From positions 7,366 to 71,365 of the forward strand of contig JAUSHB010000011.1 in assembly GCA_030648955.1 (NCBI GenBank): 64,000 nucleotides of DNA. The letters run 5' to 3'. How positions within the stretch are numbered: position 1 is the stretch's first letter; the number at the start of each line of letters is the position of its first letter. The position numbers were made by a program, and so were the translations under genes. Under the pieces are notes generated by a model. That model was not told the DNA's origin and did no database searches. It was given only the letters and a program-made list of their open reading frames with translations. The stretch comes from a bacterium. Its GTDB lineage: Bacteria > Patescibacteriota > Minisyncoccia > Phycocordibacterales > JAUSHB01. Positions 20,588 through 29,454 of the stretch are shown piece after piece.

Positions 20588-21070
20588 TCATTGAAGCCGT
20601 GCGGAAGAGGTGCTCGTCCCAAGGACGGCAGGATTTGCATTCGAACGGTAGCGCAATTCAACGGTATCTCCATTTTCCATGATGTAGCTTTCTCCTGCGG
20701 TTGTCTCCTTGCCGTTCACCGTCATGCGTTCTAGCGTTCCGAAGCTATCAAAGGATTTTCCCCAGATGCGCAAGAATTGTCCAAGAGCAAGATCGTTCTG
20801 CCTCACCGTTCCTTCCATTTCCATATGAACCACATTGTCAGGATCATGGGTATGCATCGGCTGGTGCGTAGCGCCAAGCCCGATACCTGGTGAAAGATTT
20901 TGTTTTGCCTCATCAATATATATGGCAAGCGTTGCGTGGCGATGAAGACCGTTTCGCGATACGATACTGTTTCCCGTTTTTTCTCCGAGACTGCGGGAAA
21001 ACCAAGAACTCCCAAAAAGTAACGCAATGACCCCAAGAATAATAAGAACTGAAATATTTAATTTTTTCAT
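20588..21070 (-). CDS. exported His-motif protein (putative metal binding)
   Basis: TM anchor, HRH, HQPMHTHD..VHME. Confidence 0.7.
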   Translation of the reverse strand: MKKLNISVLIILGVIALLFGSSWFSRSLGEKTGNSIVSRNGLHRHATLAIYIDEAKQNLSPGIGLGATHQPMHTHDPDNVVHMEMEGTVRQNDLALGQFLRIWGKSFDSFGTLERMTVNGKETTAGESYIMENGDTVELRYRSNANPAVLGTSTSSARLQ

Positions 21071-21612
21071 GATTTTGGATTACATACCGCGGGACGCATT
21101 ATGTACCGCGCGGTAAAAAATACTGATAATGCAATCATAAGGACTCCCAAAAGGCTGAATTCCGCACCACCAAGCGGTAAAAGTGCAAGAACACCAGACA
21201 CGCCAATTGCGGGAAGAATCGCGGTGAGGATAAGCGAGCCACACGCAGAGCACCCAATACCCAAAAGCCCCATACCCACTCCCGTGGCACTTGCGACAGT
21301 GCTTTTGCCTGCCACAATAAACGACCGCTCTATCAGTAGATATGCCGTAAGCGCGATTTGTATTCCGAATAAAAGGGCGATGAGCACGGTTGAGAACGCA
21401 CCAAGAACAGTGAAGTTCGTTGTAATGGATTCGAGGAGTATAAAGAGGAATATTATTTTGTCGCTCCACGAAACATTCATATTTTCAAACACACTTGAGA
21501 TAAACGATATATTAGGAAGCCACATGACAAACGCAAATGCAGTAAATGCAACTCCAAGAGAGATGGCTATATATGCGGGATGTCGAAGAATGTTTTTAAT
21601 TATGCGAATCAT
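21067..21612 (-). CDS. membrane protein with CxxC (GCSACG)
   Basis: multiple TM, GIGCSACGS. Confidence 0.75.
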   Translation of the reverse strand: MIRIIKNILRHPAYIAISLGVAFTAFAFVMWLPNISFISSVFENMNVSWSDKIIFLFILLESITTNFTVLGAFSTVLIALLFGIQIALTAYLLIERSFIVAGKSTVASATGVGMGLLGIGCSACGSLILTAILPAIGVSGVLALLPLGGAEFSLLGVLMIALSVFFTARYIMRPAVCNPKS

Positions 21613-21690
21613 ATACTATTTTGTTCTCAAACAAATTCATACTGAAAATGTTTGGCGATGGTAAAACAAATACGCGATTAGATACTCGCG

Positions 21691-21753
21691 CCTGCCTCTA
21701 CTAGATACAACGTGATAGGCAGGTCTGCCTGTACGTGCCCGCACACAGATAGG
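21691..21753. repeat. two tandem CCTGCC...GGCAGG-family palindromic repeats
   Basis: cctgcct-N19-aggcagg followed by tctgcctgtacgtgcccgcacacagatagg. Confidence 0.55.
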
Positions 21754-21788
21754 TGTTACACGCAAACAGACAGAAAGTGTAATCTTTG

Positions 21789-22196
21789 TTAGAAAATTTT
21801 CGGATGAAGAATGCCGTTTGAAAAAGCTTCTTGCAATGGGCTCCTTACGACAAACACCCGAGAGATGAACTGCCAGACACGCGTAACGAAAAGTGCTGTC
21901 TTACTGCTACGCCGGAAACTCCATGAAGTAAAAGCAAAAAGAACAATGAGCAATGTAAATGCAATTAAAGAAAAAATCTCTTTGGGAAATGAGGCAACAA
22001 ATACATTCTGCCATACGGCGATATGTTGGAATGGATTCATGGTGCACAAGGAAGCAATGTCCATGTAGAGACACCCCATATCTTGTCCAAGATTATTCAT
22101 ACTCATAGCAATATGGGATAACCCAAAAAGCCCAATAAACAGAAAGGCTGTTAATAGTAAGGGTGCGAGTATTTTTTTTATAGCAGAAAAATTCAT
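21789..22196 (-). CDS. two-TM Cys-containing membrane protein heading the copper operon (DUF2946-like)
   Basis: TM-GC...C..H-TM-tail LQEAFSNGILHPKIF; upstream TTGACA-17-TATTGT promoter. Confidence 0.65.
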   Translation of the reverse strand: MNFSAIKKILAPLLLTAFLFIGLFGLSHIAMSMNNLGQDMGCLYMDIASLCTMNPFQHIAVWQNVFVASFPKEIFSLIAFTLLIVLFAFTSWSFRRSSKTALFVTRVWQFISRVFVVRSPLQEAFSNGILHPKIF

Positions 22197-22273
22197 ACGT
22201 TCATATCTTTAGTCGAACATCAAGTTTTTGTATATATGATATACAATAAATAAGAAAAGTTTCTTTGTCAATC

Positions 22274-22307
22274 AAAAAACCACCGAAATAAATCTCGGTG
22301 GTTTTTT
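22274..22307. terminator. intrinsic terminator
   Basis: AAAAAACCACCGA...TCGGTGGTTTTTT. Confidence 0.7.
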
Positions 22308-22324
22308 AACTATAATAATATTTG

Positions 22325-23095
22325 TTATTGTGGTGTTGTTGTAGCTTGTCCAAACACAATCTTTAGGTCCGCTTTCAATTTCTCGATAGTCACCTTAAAG
22401 TCTGCGTGAGCTTTTTCAACAGCCGTCTTGCGTGTCATGCGAAGTGTTTCAAGAGTTGTACTCACTTTTTCCGCCGTCTTTATATCACCTTGAAGTTTGT
22501 TGCGTGCCGCCTTGAGATCTGCTGCGAGCGTATCGCGCAAAATTTTTGCAGTTACACCGGAAGCACAATTTGATGTTGCTTTTTCAAGAGCCGTCGTAAC
22601 AGAAGATTTAAATGTTGCGGTCGCAGTATCCATTCCTGATTTTCTGCTTGCAATCGCCTGATCAAGCCCGGTTTTGAAAGCGCTTACTGCGTTGTCCACC
22701 ACTGTGCGTCGGAGAGATATCGCGTTTGTAACTGCAGTTTTAAATGCTGCGACCGCCGTTTTTTGTGCATCAGTCATTGCGCGCGTATCAAGTTTTGCAA
22801 GACTTGCATCACGATTCGTGTCCCACTTCGTACGATGTTCAACAAGTTGCTGTTCTCGTTCGAGACGACGTCCCAAGAGTTTTGTCGTTCGATCAGCTAC
22901 GCGTGTTTGATACATAGTCTCTTGATTCGCAAGACGTTCCGTCATTTTTAGAGAAAACTCATCAATGCGCGCGCATACATTTGTGCCTCGTGGAGTCGTT
23001 GTTCCTTGCGCAAAAACCGCGGCGGGGAACAAGAGGGCAGAAAGAAGTGCTATTGCAACTCCTGTACGAACGTGTAATTTAAAATTCATTGTCAT
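22325..23095 (-). CDS. secreted alpha-helical/coiled-coil protein
   Basis: signal peptide (AVFA), Ala/Lys/Thr-rich heptads, two Cys. Confidence 0.75.
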   Translation of the reverse strand: MTMNFKLHVRTGVAIALLSALLFPAAVFAQGTTTPRGTNVCARIDEFSLKMTERLANQETMYQTRVADRTTKLLGRRLEREQQLVEHRTKWDTNRDASLAKLDTRAMTDAQKTAVAAFKTAVTNAISLRRTVVDNAVSAFKTGLDQAIASRKSGMDTATATFKSSVTTALEKATSNCASGVTAKILRDTLAADLKAARNKLQGDIKTAEKVSTTLETLRMTRKTAVEKAHADFKVTIEKLKADLKIVFGQATTTPQ

Positions 23096-23447
23096 TGTAA
23101 AGTGTATTCATCCCGCTTACCGCATCGGCATCCGATGTGACGAGTGAAATATCATTATCTCCCGCGTTTGCAACAAGCGCTTCTGCGGCTTCTGCATTTT
23201 CAAGAGAGCTTATAATGTCGTCTATATTTCCTGTGGTTGGTGGCGTATCAGATGTTACAGGAACTTGTATTTCCACAACTGGTGCAGTTTTTTGTGGGGT
23301 TGGGGTTGGTGTTTCTTTCTGCATGAACATCCACCCAAGGATAGCTACCAGAACAACACCTACGCCGATAGCTACTATCCACTTCATGCTATTCCCTTCT
23401 TCTGGTAACTGGGGTGTTTGAGGGGGTATTTGATTTACTGGTTCCAT
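23079..23447 (-). CDS. single-TM low-complexity hypothetical protein
   Basis: Pro-rich N-terminus, TM, acidic tail; start chosen at MEPVNQ. Confidence 0.7.
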   Translation of the reverse strand: MEPVNQIPPQTPQLPEEGNSMKWIVAIGVGVVLVAILGWMFMQKETPTPTPQKTAPVVEIQVPVTSDTPPTTGNIDDIISSLENAEAAEALVANAGDNDISLVTSDADAVSGMNTLYNDNEF

Positions 23448-23562
23448 ATATGAATAAGGATAATTAATAATATAACTTGCAAGTTTCCGCACGTACTTTC
23501 AATTTTTATTATATCCTAAATTAACTACCTGTGAAAAGCGGGGGTGTGATTAACTTTTTAAT

Positions 23563-24099
23563 TTAGTTCCGTGTCTTCATAACTGCCATCAACGCCATAA
23601 TGAGAACAAATATCGTAAATGACATCAAGGGAAATGTAATATATCCGAATTCAAAAAGAAATCTTTGAGCGCAGTCGGCACCAGATGCAGGGCATGGAAC
23701 AAATGCACTCCCACCCATTTGCAAATAATGTTGATAAAGCGCAACGAGCGCACCTGTTCCCGAAAGGGCAATTAAATAATCGGCAATTTTGTTGTCTTTT
23801 TTATACCACGCCATTCCTGCAAGAATCACTTGCGGATACAGAAATATTCTTTGAAACCAGCACAACCCGCACGGAACGAAACCGAGGATTTCAGAATAAA
23901 AAAGACTGATCCCAACTGAAACGAGTGATATAAAAAAAACCGACTGAATGCCATAGGCACCGACAAGCGTCAAAACTCGAAATGTTTTTTGTCTGTAACG
24001 TTCAAGAAGTAAGAGTGCCACAAGAACGACGGTAGCGACCTGAATCGCAATTGTTCCGATGGCGAGAAGAAAATTCAATTGTTGCGCAAGCGCGGTCAT
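23563..24099 (-). CDS. dsbB: disulfide bond formation protein DsbB
   Basis: PCGLCWFQR, second Cys pair CPASGADC, 4-5 TM. Confidence 0.88.
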   Translation of the reverse strand: MTALAQQLNFLLAIGTIAIQVATVVLVALLLLERYRQKTFRVLTLVGAYGIQSVFFISLVSVGISLFYSEILGFVPCGLCWFQRIFLYPQVILAGMAWYKKDNKIADYLIALSGTGALVALYQHYLQMGGSAFVPCPASGADCAQRFLFEFGYITFPLMSFTIFVLIMALMAVMKTRN

Positions 24100-24112
24100 G
24101 TGGTGCTATGTA

Positions 24113-24502
24113 TCATTGAGGCAGAACACACCCCGTTTTTTCAGCAAGTTTTTCGAGGGGAATTTCACCATCAAGTCTACTTTCGTCAGCAAAAATCCAT
24201 GTGGGGTAACTTTTAATTTCTTTTTCATTGCAAACCTCAAGCTGGCTTTGGCCATCGGGAGTCGAACATTCCACATAGGGCAAAAATTTCACTGATTTGC
24301 CAAACATCGCTTTTTGATTTTGACAATGCGGGCACCAAAATGCACCATAAAATACCGCACCTTTCTCTTGCAAACATTGAGCAAATGTATCAAATTTTCC
24401 AGGAATACTTGGTTGCTTGGAATAATAAACCCCGATACCGACAATAAGCAGGAGTCCTGTGATAATTACAAAAATATATATTGTTTTAGTTGAAAAATTC
24501 AT
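24113..24502 (-). CDS. membrane-anchored thioredoxin-like protein (VKOR-partner type)
   Basis: FYGAFWCPHC, YVECS, YPTW. Confidence 0.85.
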   Translation of the reverse strand: MNFSTKTIYIFVIITGLLLIVGIGVYYSKQPSIPGKFDTFAQCLQEKGAVFYGAFWCPHCQNQKAMFGKSVKFLPYVECSTPDGQSQLEVCNEKEIKSYPTWIFADESRLDGEIPLEKLAEKTGCVLPQ

Positions 24503-24512
24503 ACCATTATAT

Positions 24513-24899
24513 TTATTCAGTTGCTATTCCATCAAAATGTTCTTCTTGTTCGGATGCCTTCGTTGTGTGAATTGTTCCGTCTTTATGTTCCGGTGGTGAA
24601 TATATAGAATAAAGTTTAAGGGGAATATTTCCACTATTGACGACATTATGCACTGTTCCTTGCGGTATTACCACTGCGTAGTCCTCTTTTACTGAATGTT
24701 CTACACCATCAAGCACAACCTTTGCCTCCCCTTCTTCGAATCGAATAAACTGATCGAGATGATGAACTTCTTCGCCAATCTCATCACCTGGCATGATGCA
24801 CATCAACACGAGCTGACTATTTTTTGATGTATATAAAACACGCCGATAGTCGGTGTTGTCTTGGGTGGCTTGTTCTATATTAGTGATATAGCCTTTCAT
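24513..24899 (-). CDS. cupin domain protein
   Basis: QLVLM..GDEIGEEVH..DQF, IPQGTVHNV, YSPPEH. Confidence 0.9.
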   Translation of the reverse strand: MKGYITNIEQATQDNTDYRRVLYTSKNSQLVLMCIMPGDEIGEEVHHLDQFIRFEEGEAKVVLDGVEHSVKEDYAVVIPQGTVHNVVNSGNIPLKLYSIYSPPEHKDGTIHTTKASEQEEHFDGIATE

Positions 24900-25009
24900 T
24901 TTATTTTATTTAACTACACGTATACTCTTTGTATATAAATTGATGGCACTCGATTTCAGTTATGCACAATGTTACTCGCTTACATTATATCACGTGATAT
25001 AATTATTGC

Positions 25010-25459
25010 ATGTTTGAAATACTAAACCCCGTAGGAATATTTGTTGCGGCGATTGTTGGTTATGTGATTGGCATGGCTTGGTACTCCCCCATTCTTTTTA
25101 TGAAACCGTGGCTTGAGGGACAGGGTAAGACACCGGAAGATTTTAGTAAACCCCAAAAACATAAAACAAAAAAATACATGTTTAGTCTTATGGTGTATAC
25201 CTTTATGGTTACGACTACCATTGCATTTGTTCTAGCTGTATTCATCACACTTACTGGTGCGTTAACTCTCCTTGAGATCCTCCAGATTAGCATACTTCTT
25301 GCATTTGGTTTTATTGTTACAACCAAGTTCTCGGATATGCTTTATACTGTTGATAAACCCTTTTGGAGCATGCAGGCACAAAAACTTTTCTTCGTAAACG
25401 CAGGGTACTATATTGCAATGTTTCTTGCGATGGGTTCTACGTTGTACTACCTCGGATAA
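25010..25459 (+). CDS. DUF1761 membrane protein
   Basis: IGMAWYSPILFMKPW...LFFVNAGY; TATAAT 6 nt before ATG. Confidence 0.8.
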   Translation: MFEILNPVGIFVAAIVGYVIGMAWYSPILFMKPWLEGQGKTPEDFSKPQKHKTKKYMFSLMVYTFMVTTTIAFVLAVFITLTGALTLLEILQISILLAFGFIVTTKFSDMLYTVDKPFWSMQAQKLFFVNAGYYIAMFLAMGSTLYYLG

Positions 25460-25469
25460 GCGATTATAT

Positions 25470-25497
25470 TTGACAAACCCTATGGTTGTGCTATCGT
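25470..25497 (+). promoter_or_regulatory. sigma70-type promoter
   Basis: TTGACA-16-TATCGT with TG extension; AAGGAG SD before ATG 25585. Confidence 0.6.
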
Positions 25498-25584
25498 TAA
25501 TATCGGAATCAAGTTGTTATTTTCAATAGACTATGTAAAAAATCAATGCTGTTTTTCGACCTAACAGGTTAAGGAGAATATACC

Positions 25585-26178
25585 ATGAGCGCAGTAACAG
25601 CTGCTCGGTTCGGAATAAAGAAAAGTGATCAACTGAACAACGCACGGCAAGAACGAGATCACGCACGAAAAGAAATGGATGATGCTCGAGTGGCAGCAAG
25701 ATTCGTGGCTGAAAACCTCGCATTCATCCGTGGGACAAGAAAATTGCGCGCCAATCAAAGCGAGTTAGCGGCTAGCACCATGTTTGCTGCTAAGCAGCCT
25801 CGTGAGGCAACCAAGATCATCGAGGGTGAGATTCGTCAGCTTATAAACGATCTCGCAAAGGCTCGCGAGGAGCAAGATCGGGTTTGGATCGCCAAACGAA
25901 TACTCGGTTTTACATCGTGGAGAGGATGGGGGGTGCTTGATGACGTGCATACCGCACTCAAAAATGCTTTCCCAAAAGAACTTCCCGAGGAATTCGCTGT
26001 TAAGCTCGTGGATATTTATACTCGCCAGGCAGATTTTTTAAAAAATCTGGCGAAAAAAGAAGGCGTGATGCGACCCGGAAAAACGCAAAGAAAAAAGGAC
26101 TGCGTTCGTGCACGCCATGGGCAAAGTGACGGTATTGCGGCAATTGAACGGCAAGAGCGCGTGGAGCAGAAGAAATAA
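25585..26178 (+). CDS. basic hypothetical protein
   Basis: 197-aa ORF with own promoter, SD and terminator. Confidence 0.7.
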   Translation: MSAVTAARFGIKKSDQLNNARQERDHARKEMDDARVAARFVAENLAFIRGTRKLRANQSELAASTMFAAKQPREATKIIEGEIRQLINDLAKAREEQDRVWIAKRILGFTSWRGWGVLDDVHTALKNAFPKELPEEFAVKLVDIYTRQADFLKNLAKKEGVMRPGKTQRKKDCVRARHGQSDGIAAIERQERVEQKK

Positions 26179-26197
26179 CATTGGCTTATTATAAGCC

Positions 26198-26230
26198 AGG
26201 GCAGGGGAAATTTTAATCTCCTGCCCTTTT
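26198..26230 (+). terminator. intrinsic terminator
   Basis: AGGGCAGGGGA...TCTCCTGCCCT followed by T-run. Confidence 0.65.
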
Positions 26231-26301
26231 TATTTTGGTTATTTTTTTCTAATGAGAACTGTCCCTATGCTGTAAAGACGAAATATTGCACCTCGCGTAT
26301 T

Positions 26302-27147
26302 TTATGTTTTCACAAACGTTCCATTCTGATATTCTTCGAGTGCCAACTTAATCTCATCTTCTGTATTCATAACAATCGGGCCGTACCATGCGACTGATTC
26401 CCCGATGGGCTTTCCTGCGATAAGAAGAAATTGTGAATCAACAGTTTTTGCTGTACAGAAAATATTTTCACCGCTTTCGGTTAAAATAATATTTCCTGCG
26501 GGTACGGCCTCTGCTGATTTATCACCAATAGAAATGTCCCCCTCGATAATATATAAAAGCGCTGTATAATCTTCCGGCACATGATAAGAAAATTTTTCAC
26601 CCCTGGGAAGCGACACATCTAGATATGTCGGATTTACCATCAAGTCTGACACGGGTCCGGTCGTTCCCTGATATTCTCCCGCTATCACTTTTACTGTTAT
26701 GCCACCTCTTTCCACCAAGGGAATAGTTTTCCCTACTATTTCTTGATACCGAGGCGCCATCATTTTGTGCTCTTGCGGAAGATTCACCCACAACTGAAAC
26801 CCCTTGATTCCCCCCTTGTGTTCCCGTGGCATTTCCTGATGAATGATCCCGCTTCCCGCGGTCATCCACTGCACATCGCCTTTTTTAATACTTCCTTTGT
26901 TGCCCATACTGTCCTGATGTTCCACTTCTCCCGAGAGAATGTAGGTAACTGTTTCTATCCCACGATGTGGGTGCCAAGGAAACCCAGGCATATAATCGGT
27001 TGCGTTAGAAGAACTGAAATCATCAAATAAAAGAAAGGGGTCAAATGTCGGCACTTCATGATACCCAAATCCACGCCTCAAATGCACCCCCGCTCCTTCG
27101 AGTGCTGGCTTTGCTCTAAATATTTTCTTGATGGTTCTTGATTTCAT
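26302..27147 (-). CDS. pirin family protein
   Basis: DPFLLFD, GFPWHPHRGIETVTY, QWMTAGSGIIHQEMP, GPIVMNT. Confidence 0.93.
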   Translation of the reverse strand: MKSRTIKKIFRAKPALEGAGVHLRRGFGYHEVPTFDPFLLFDDFSSSNATDYMPGFPWHPHRGIETVTYILSGEVEHQDSMGNKGSIKKGDVQWMTAGSGIIHQEMPREHKGGIKGFQLWVNLPQEHKMMAPRYQEIVGKTIPLVERGGITVKVIAGEYQGTTGPVSDLMVNPTYLDVSLPRGEKFSYHVPEDYTALLYIIEGDISIGDKSAEAVPAGNIILTESGENIFCTAKTVDSQFLLIAGKPIGESVAWYGPIVMNTEDEIKLALEEYQNGTFVKT

Positions 27148-27175
27148 TGTGCGATACGCCACCGTCCCTACTTTC

Positions 27176-27658
27176 TTATTGCTTGACAACCTTAAAGACA
27201 AAACGATATTCATTTGGGAGAATAGGCACTTCTGCGCGTGCAGCGGGCAAAACTTCTATGAGTTCTATGGTTTCTGTTTTAGAAGCAACGGGCATGCCAA
27301 TGGTAAAGACTAAAATTCGTTCTCCATTTATGTTGGTGACCTTTGTTCGTACACGCACCGTTCCTGCCTGGATGCATCGGATATTCTCGCCAACAGGACA
27401 TCTACTATCCTCTAGCACCTCAATGGGCGCAATGGTAACCCCAATTCCGCTTGCAGGTTTGTTCTCCTTTGCGGTGATAGTGACTTCGGATGGTTCTGTG
27501 GGTGCGTCTGGCACTTCTGGAATCGGATTTCCAGCTGTCGAGGTGGCATGTTCTGTTGGAGTAGGCAATGACGCCGAGCGCGGGGAAAGTACATACGCAA
27601 CAAGAGTAAGTGTGGCGATAAGAACAATAAGAGCGATGAGGTTTCTACTGATGCTCAT
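27176..27658 (-). CDS. membrane-anchored hypothetical protein (EDSRCP motif)
   Basis: TM, linker, VLEDSRCP..CIQAG. Confidence 0.75.
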   Translation of the reverse strand: MSISRNLIALIVLIATLTLVAYVLSPRSASLPTPTEHATSTAGNPIPEVPDAPTEPSEVTITAKENKPASGIGVTIAPIEVLEDSRCPVGENIRCIQAGTVRVRTKVTNINGERILVFTIGMPVASKTETIELIEVLPAARAEVPILPNEYRFVFKVVKQ

Positions 27659-27695
27659 ATCTTACTATTATAGTAACTATTCGTCGTGGGTCAAA

Positions 27696-28719
27696 TTAAA
27701 CCTTAGTTGATGTGCCAGCATAAGTAAATGATGTAGTTGTGCCGCTGGTCGGCCAATGCGGTGATAATACTTGTGCCCAATCCATTTTGGTCGCTCGTCT
27801 TATTTTTGGGTTGCCCAATACCGTTGTCGGTAACACTAAGGGTCCACATCGATTCCAGCGCCTCGTACATAACAAGAATCTTACCCATGCGATTATTGGG
27901 GAAAGCATGTTTTATTGCATTGATGACAAGTTCTGTGGTAACAAGACCAAGGCTTATCGCTACTTCTGATGTCACCGTACCCGGTGTAGCTCTTACTTCT
28001 AGTGATATCGGTTTCCGCCCGCCGATCATAGATCGCGCAAGACTTCCACACAGAGCTTCTAAATATGCGGCGACAGGTATTTCCGCCCCAAAATCTGTTG
28101 GATCAAGCTGATGCTGAACCGTTGCAATCGACATAATACGTTCGTGGGCATCTTGTAAGTGTAGCCGTGTTTCTTCGGATTCCACGATTCCTGCCTTAAT
28201 CAGAAGGATGCTCGCAATTAACTGAAGACTGTTGGCGACACGATGGCGCATTTCTTTAAGGAGGAGATCTTTTTGGATGATAAGTTTTTCTTTCTCGGAT
28301 TCGATGATTCGCTGTCTGGTTATATCAAAAATTGAAATGAGAATCTTCTTCCGTCTGTTTTGGTAGTGTACTTCGCGGGCATTTATTGATAAGGTACGCG
28401 TGCCAAGGGTTGGAAAATTATGTTCAATCTCATATTCTTCGATTATCGCATGTTCGGGGATGATTTTTTCTAAAAGCTCTTTGAATTTAGGAATATCCCA
28501 CTGGCCATTGTTGATTTTATAAAACAATTGACAGTATGTTTTTTCATGATCTCCCCCATAGGTATCATAGAATGAGCGACTAGCGGTAATTACTTGCAAG
28601 TCTTTATCAAGGATGATCAATGGCTCATGAATCGTGTCTATGATTGCTCGACTAAGAATATGTCCATCATTAGGGTCATTAAGGGGATCAGGTATTCTTC
28701 TATCCTTTTCTGTTTTCAT
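27696..28719 (-). pseudogene. PAS + HisKA_2/HWE-type sensor kinase with apparent C-terminal deletion/frameshift
   Basis: EMRHRVANSLQ H-box, ELVINAIKHAF N-box, DNGIG, GLGTSII; final strand GTTTSFTY is in another frame. Confidence 0.6.
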
Positions 28720-28731
28720 AATATAGTGAAT

Positions 28732-28775
28732 AGTATACCTAATTTGCCATGAATACTAGATGAAGATTTTGTGAA
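28732..28775 (-). promoter_or_regulatory. TTCAT-box promoter A (sensor kinase)
   Basis: minus strand TTCAC-N6-TTCAT-N6-TTCAT-N11-TATACT. Confidence 0.65.
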
Positions 28776-28954
28776 ATCTAAAAAAGAGTGATTTTCACGG
28801 CTTTTAAAAGAGAAAGAAACGGCATGTTTTTTGTTTAAATCCGTGGATTATTCACCGAGATATGTATGATATTGTGCTCAATCGCGCACTAAAACAGGGT
28901 GTAGCGTCTTGAATTTCTTAATAAATATACTTATGAGGTTATATATTCAATATC

Positions 28955-28987
28955 TTAATAATTTTTTCACCATGGAATTGTTATCCT
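28955..28987 (+). promoter_or_regulatory. TTCAT-box promoter B (small ORF 29159)
   Basis: TTAAT-N6-TTCAC-N11-TATCCT. Confidence 0.5.
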
Positions 28988-29158
28988 GGGCAAACATTGT
29001 ATAACACCAGCTGTATAAGCGTGAGCGTGTATGTCAGTGGGTCGAAAGGTCGAATATGTTATCAGTAGTAATCAATATAAAAAATAAATACATAAACACA
29101 CTGTTGGAAATCCTTTAAATTATGAGCCCTTATTTATTTAAAACTAACGATAACTATT

Positions 29159-29326
29159 ATGCAATATAAACAACCAACACATAGTAATGGCAAAGAATAT
29201 GGAGGAAACAAAGCTCCAGTGAACCAGTCGGGGAATGAGTTTTATCCATTTGATCTATTTGAAATCACATCACGAGAGGCCGATGAAATCGAAGCACATT
29301 ATTCAAGCCGATATAAGTGGACATAG
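29159..29326 (+). CDS. putative 55-aa small protein
   Basis: MQYKQPTHSNGKEYGG...FYPFDLFEITSREADEIEAHYSSRYKWT; AT-rich upstream; below ORF-track cutoff. Confidence 0.45.
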   Translation: MQYKQPTHSNGKEYGGNKAPVNQSGNEFYPFDLFEITSREADEIEAHYSSRYKWT

Positions 29327-29454
29327 GGGGTGTTGCTAAAATATATCCATAAGAGTAGATATACGTAGCAGTCTACTCCAAACCACTCCGCAAAAACAAC
29401 ATCATGCATGATGTTGTTTTTGCGGAACGTACATGAATCGATAGTTCCTTATCT

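Noticed and set aside
28985-29060. Possible c-di-GMP riboswitch (GGCAAAC...GAAA) in the EPS island gap
   Set aside because: The paired stems and GACGCAAA-type elements of the class I aptamer are absent.
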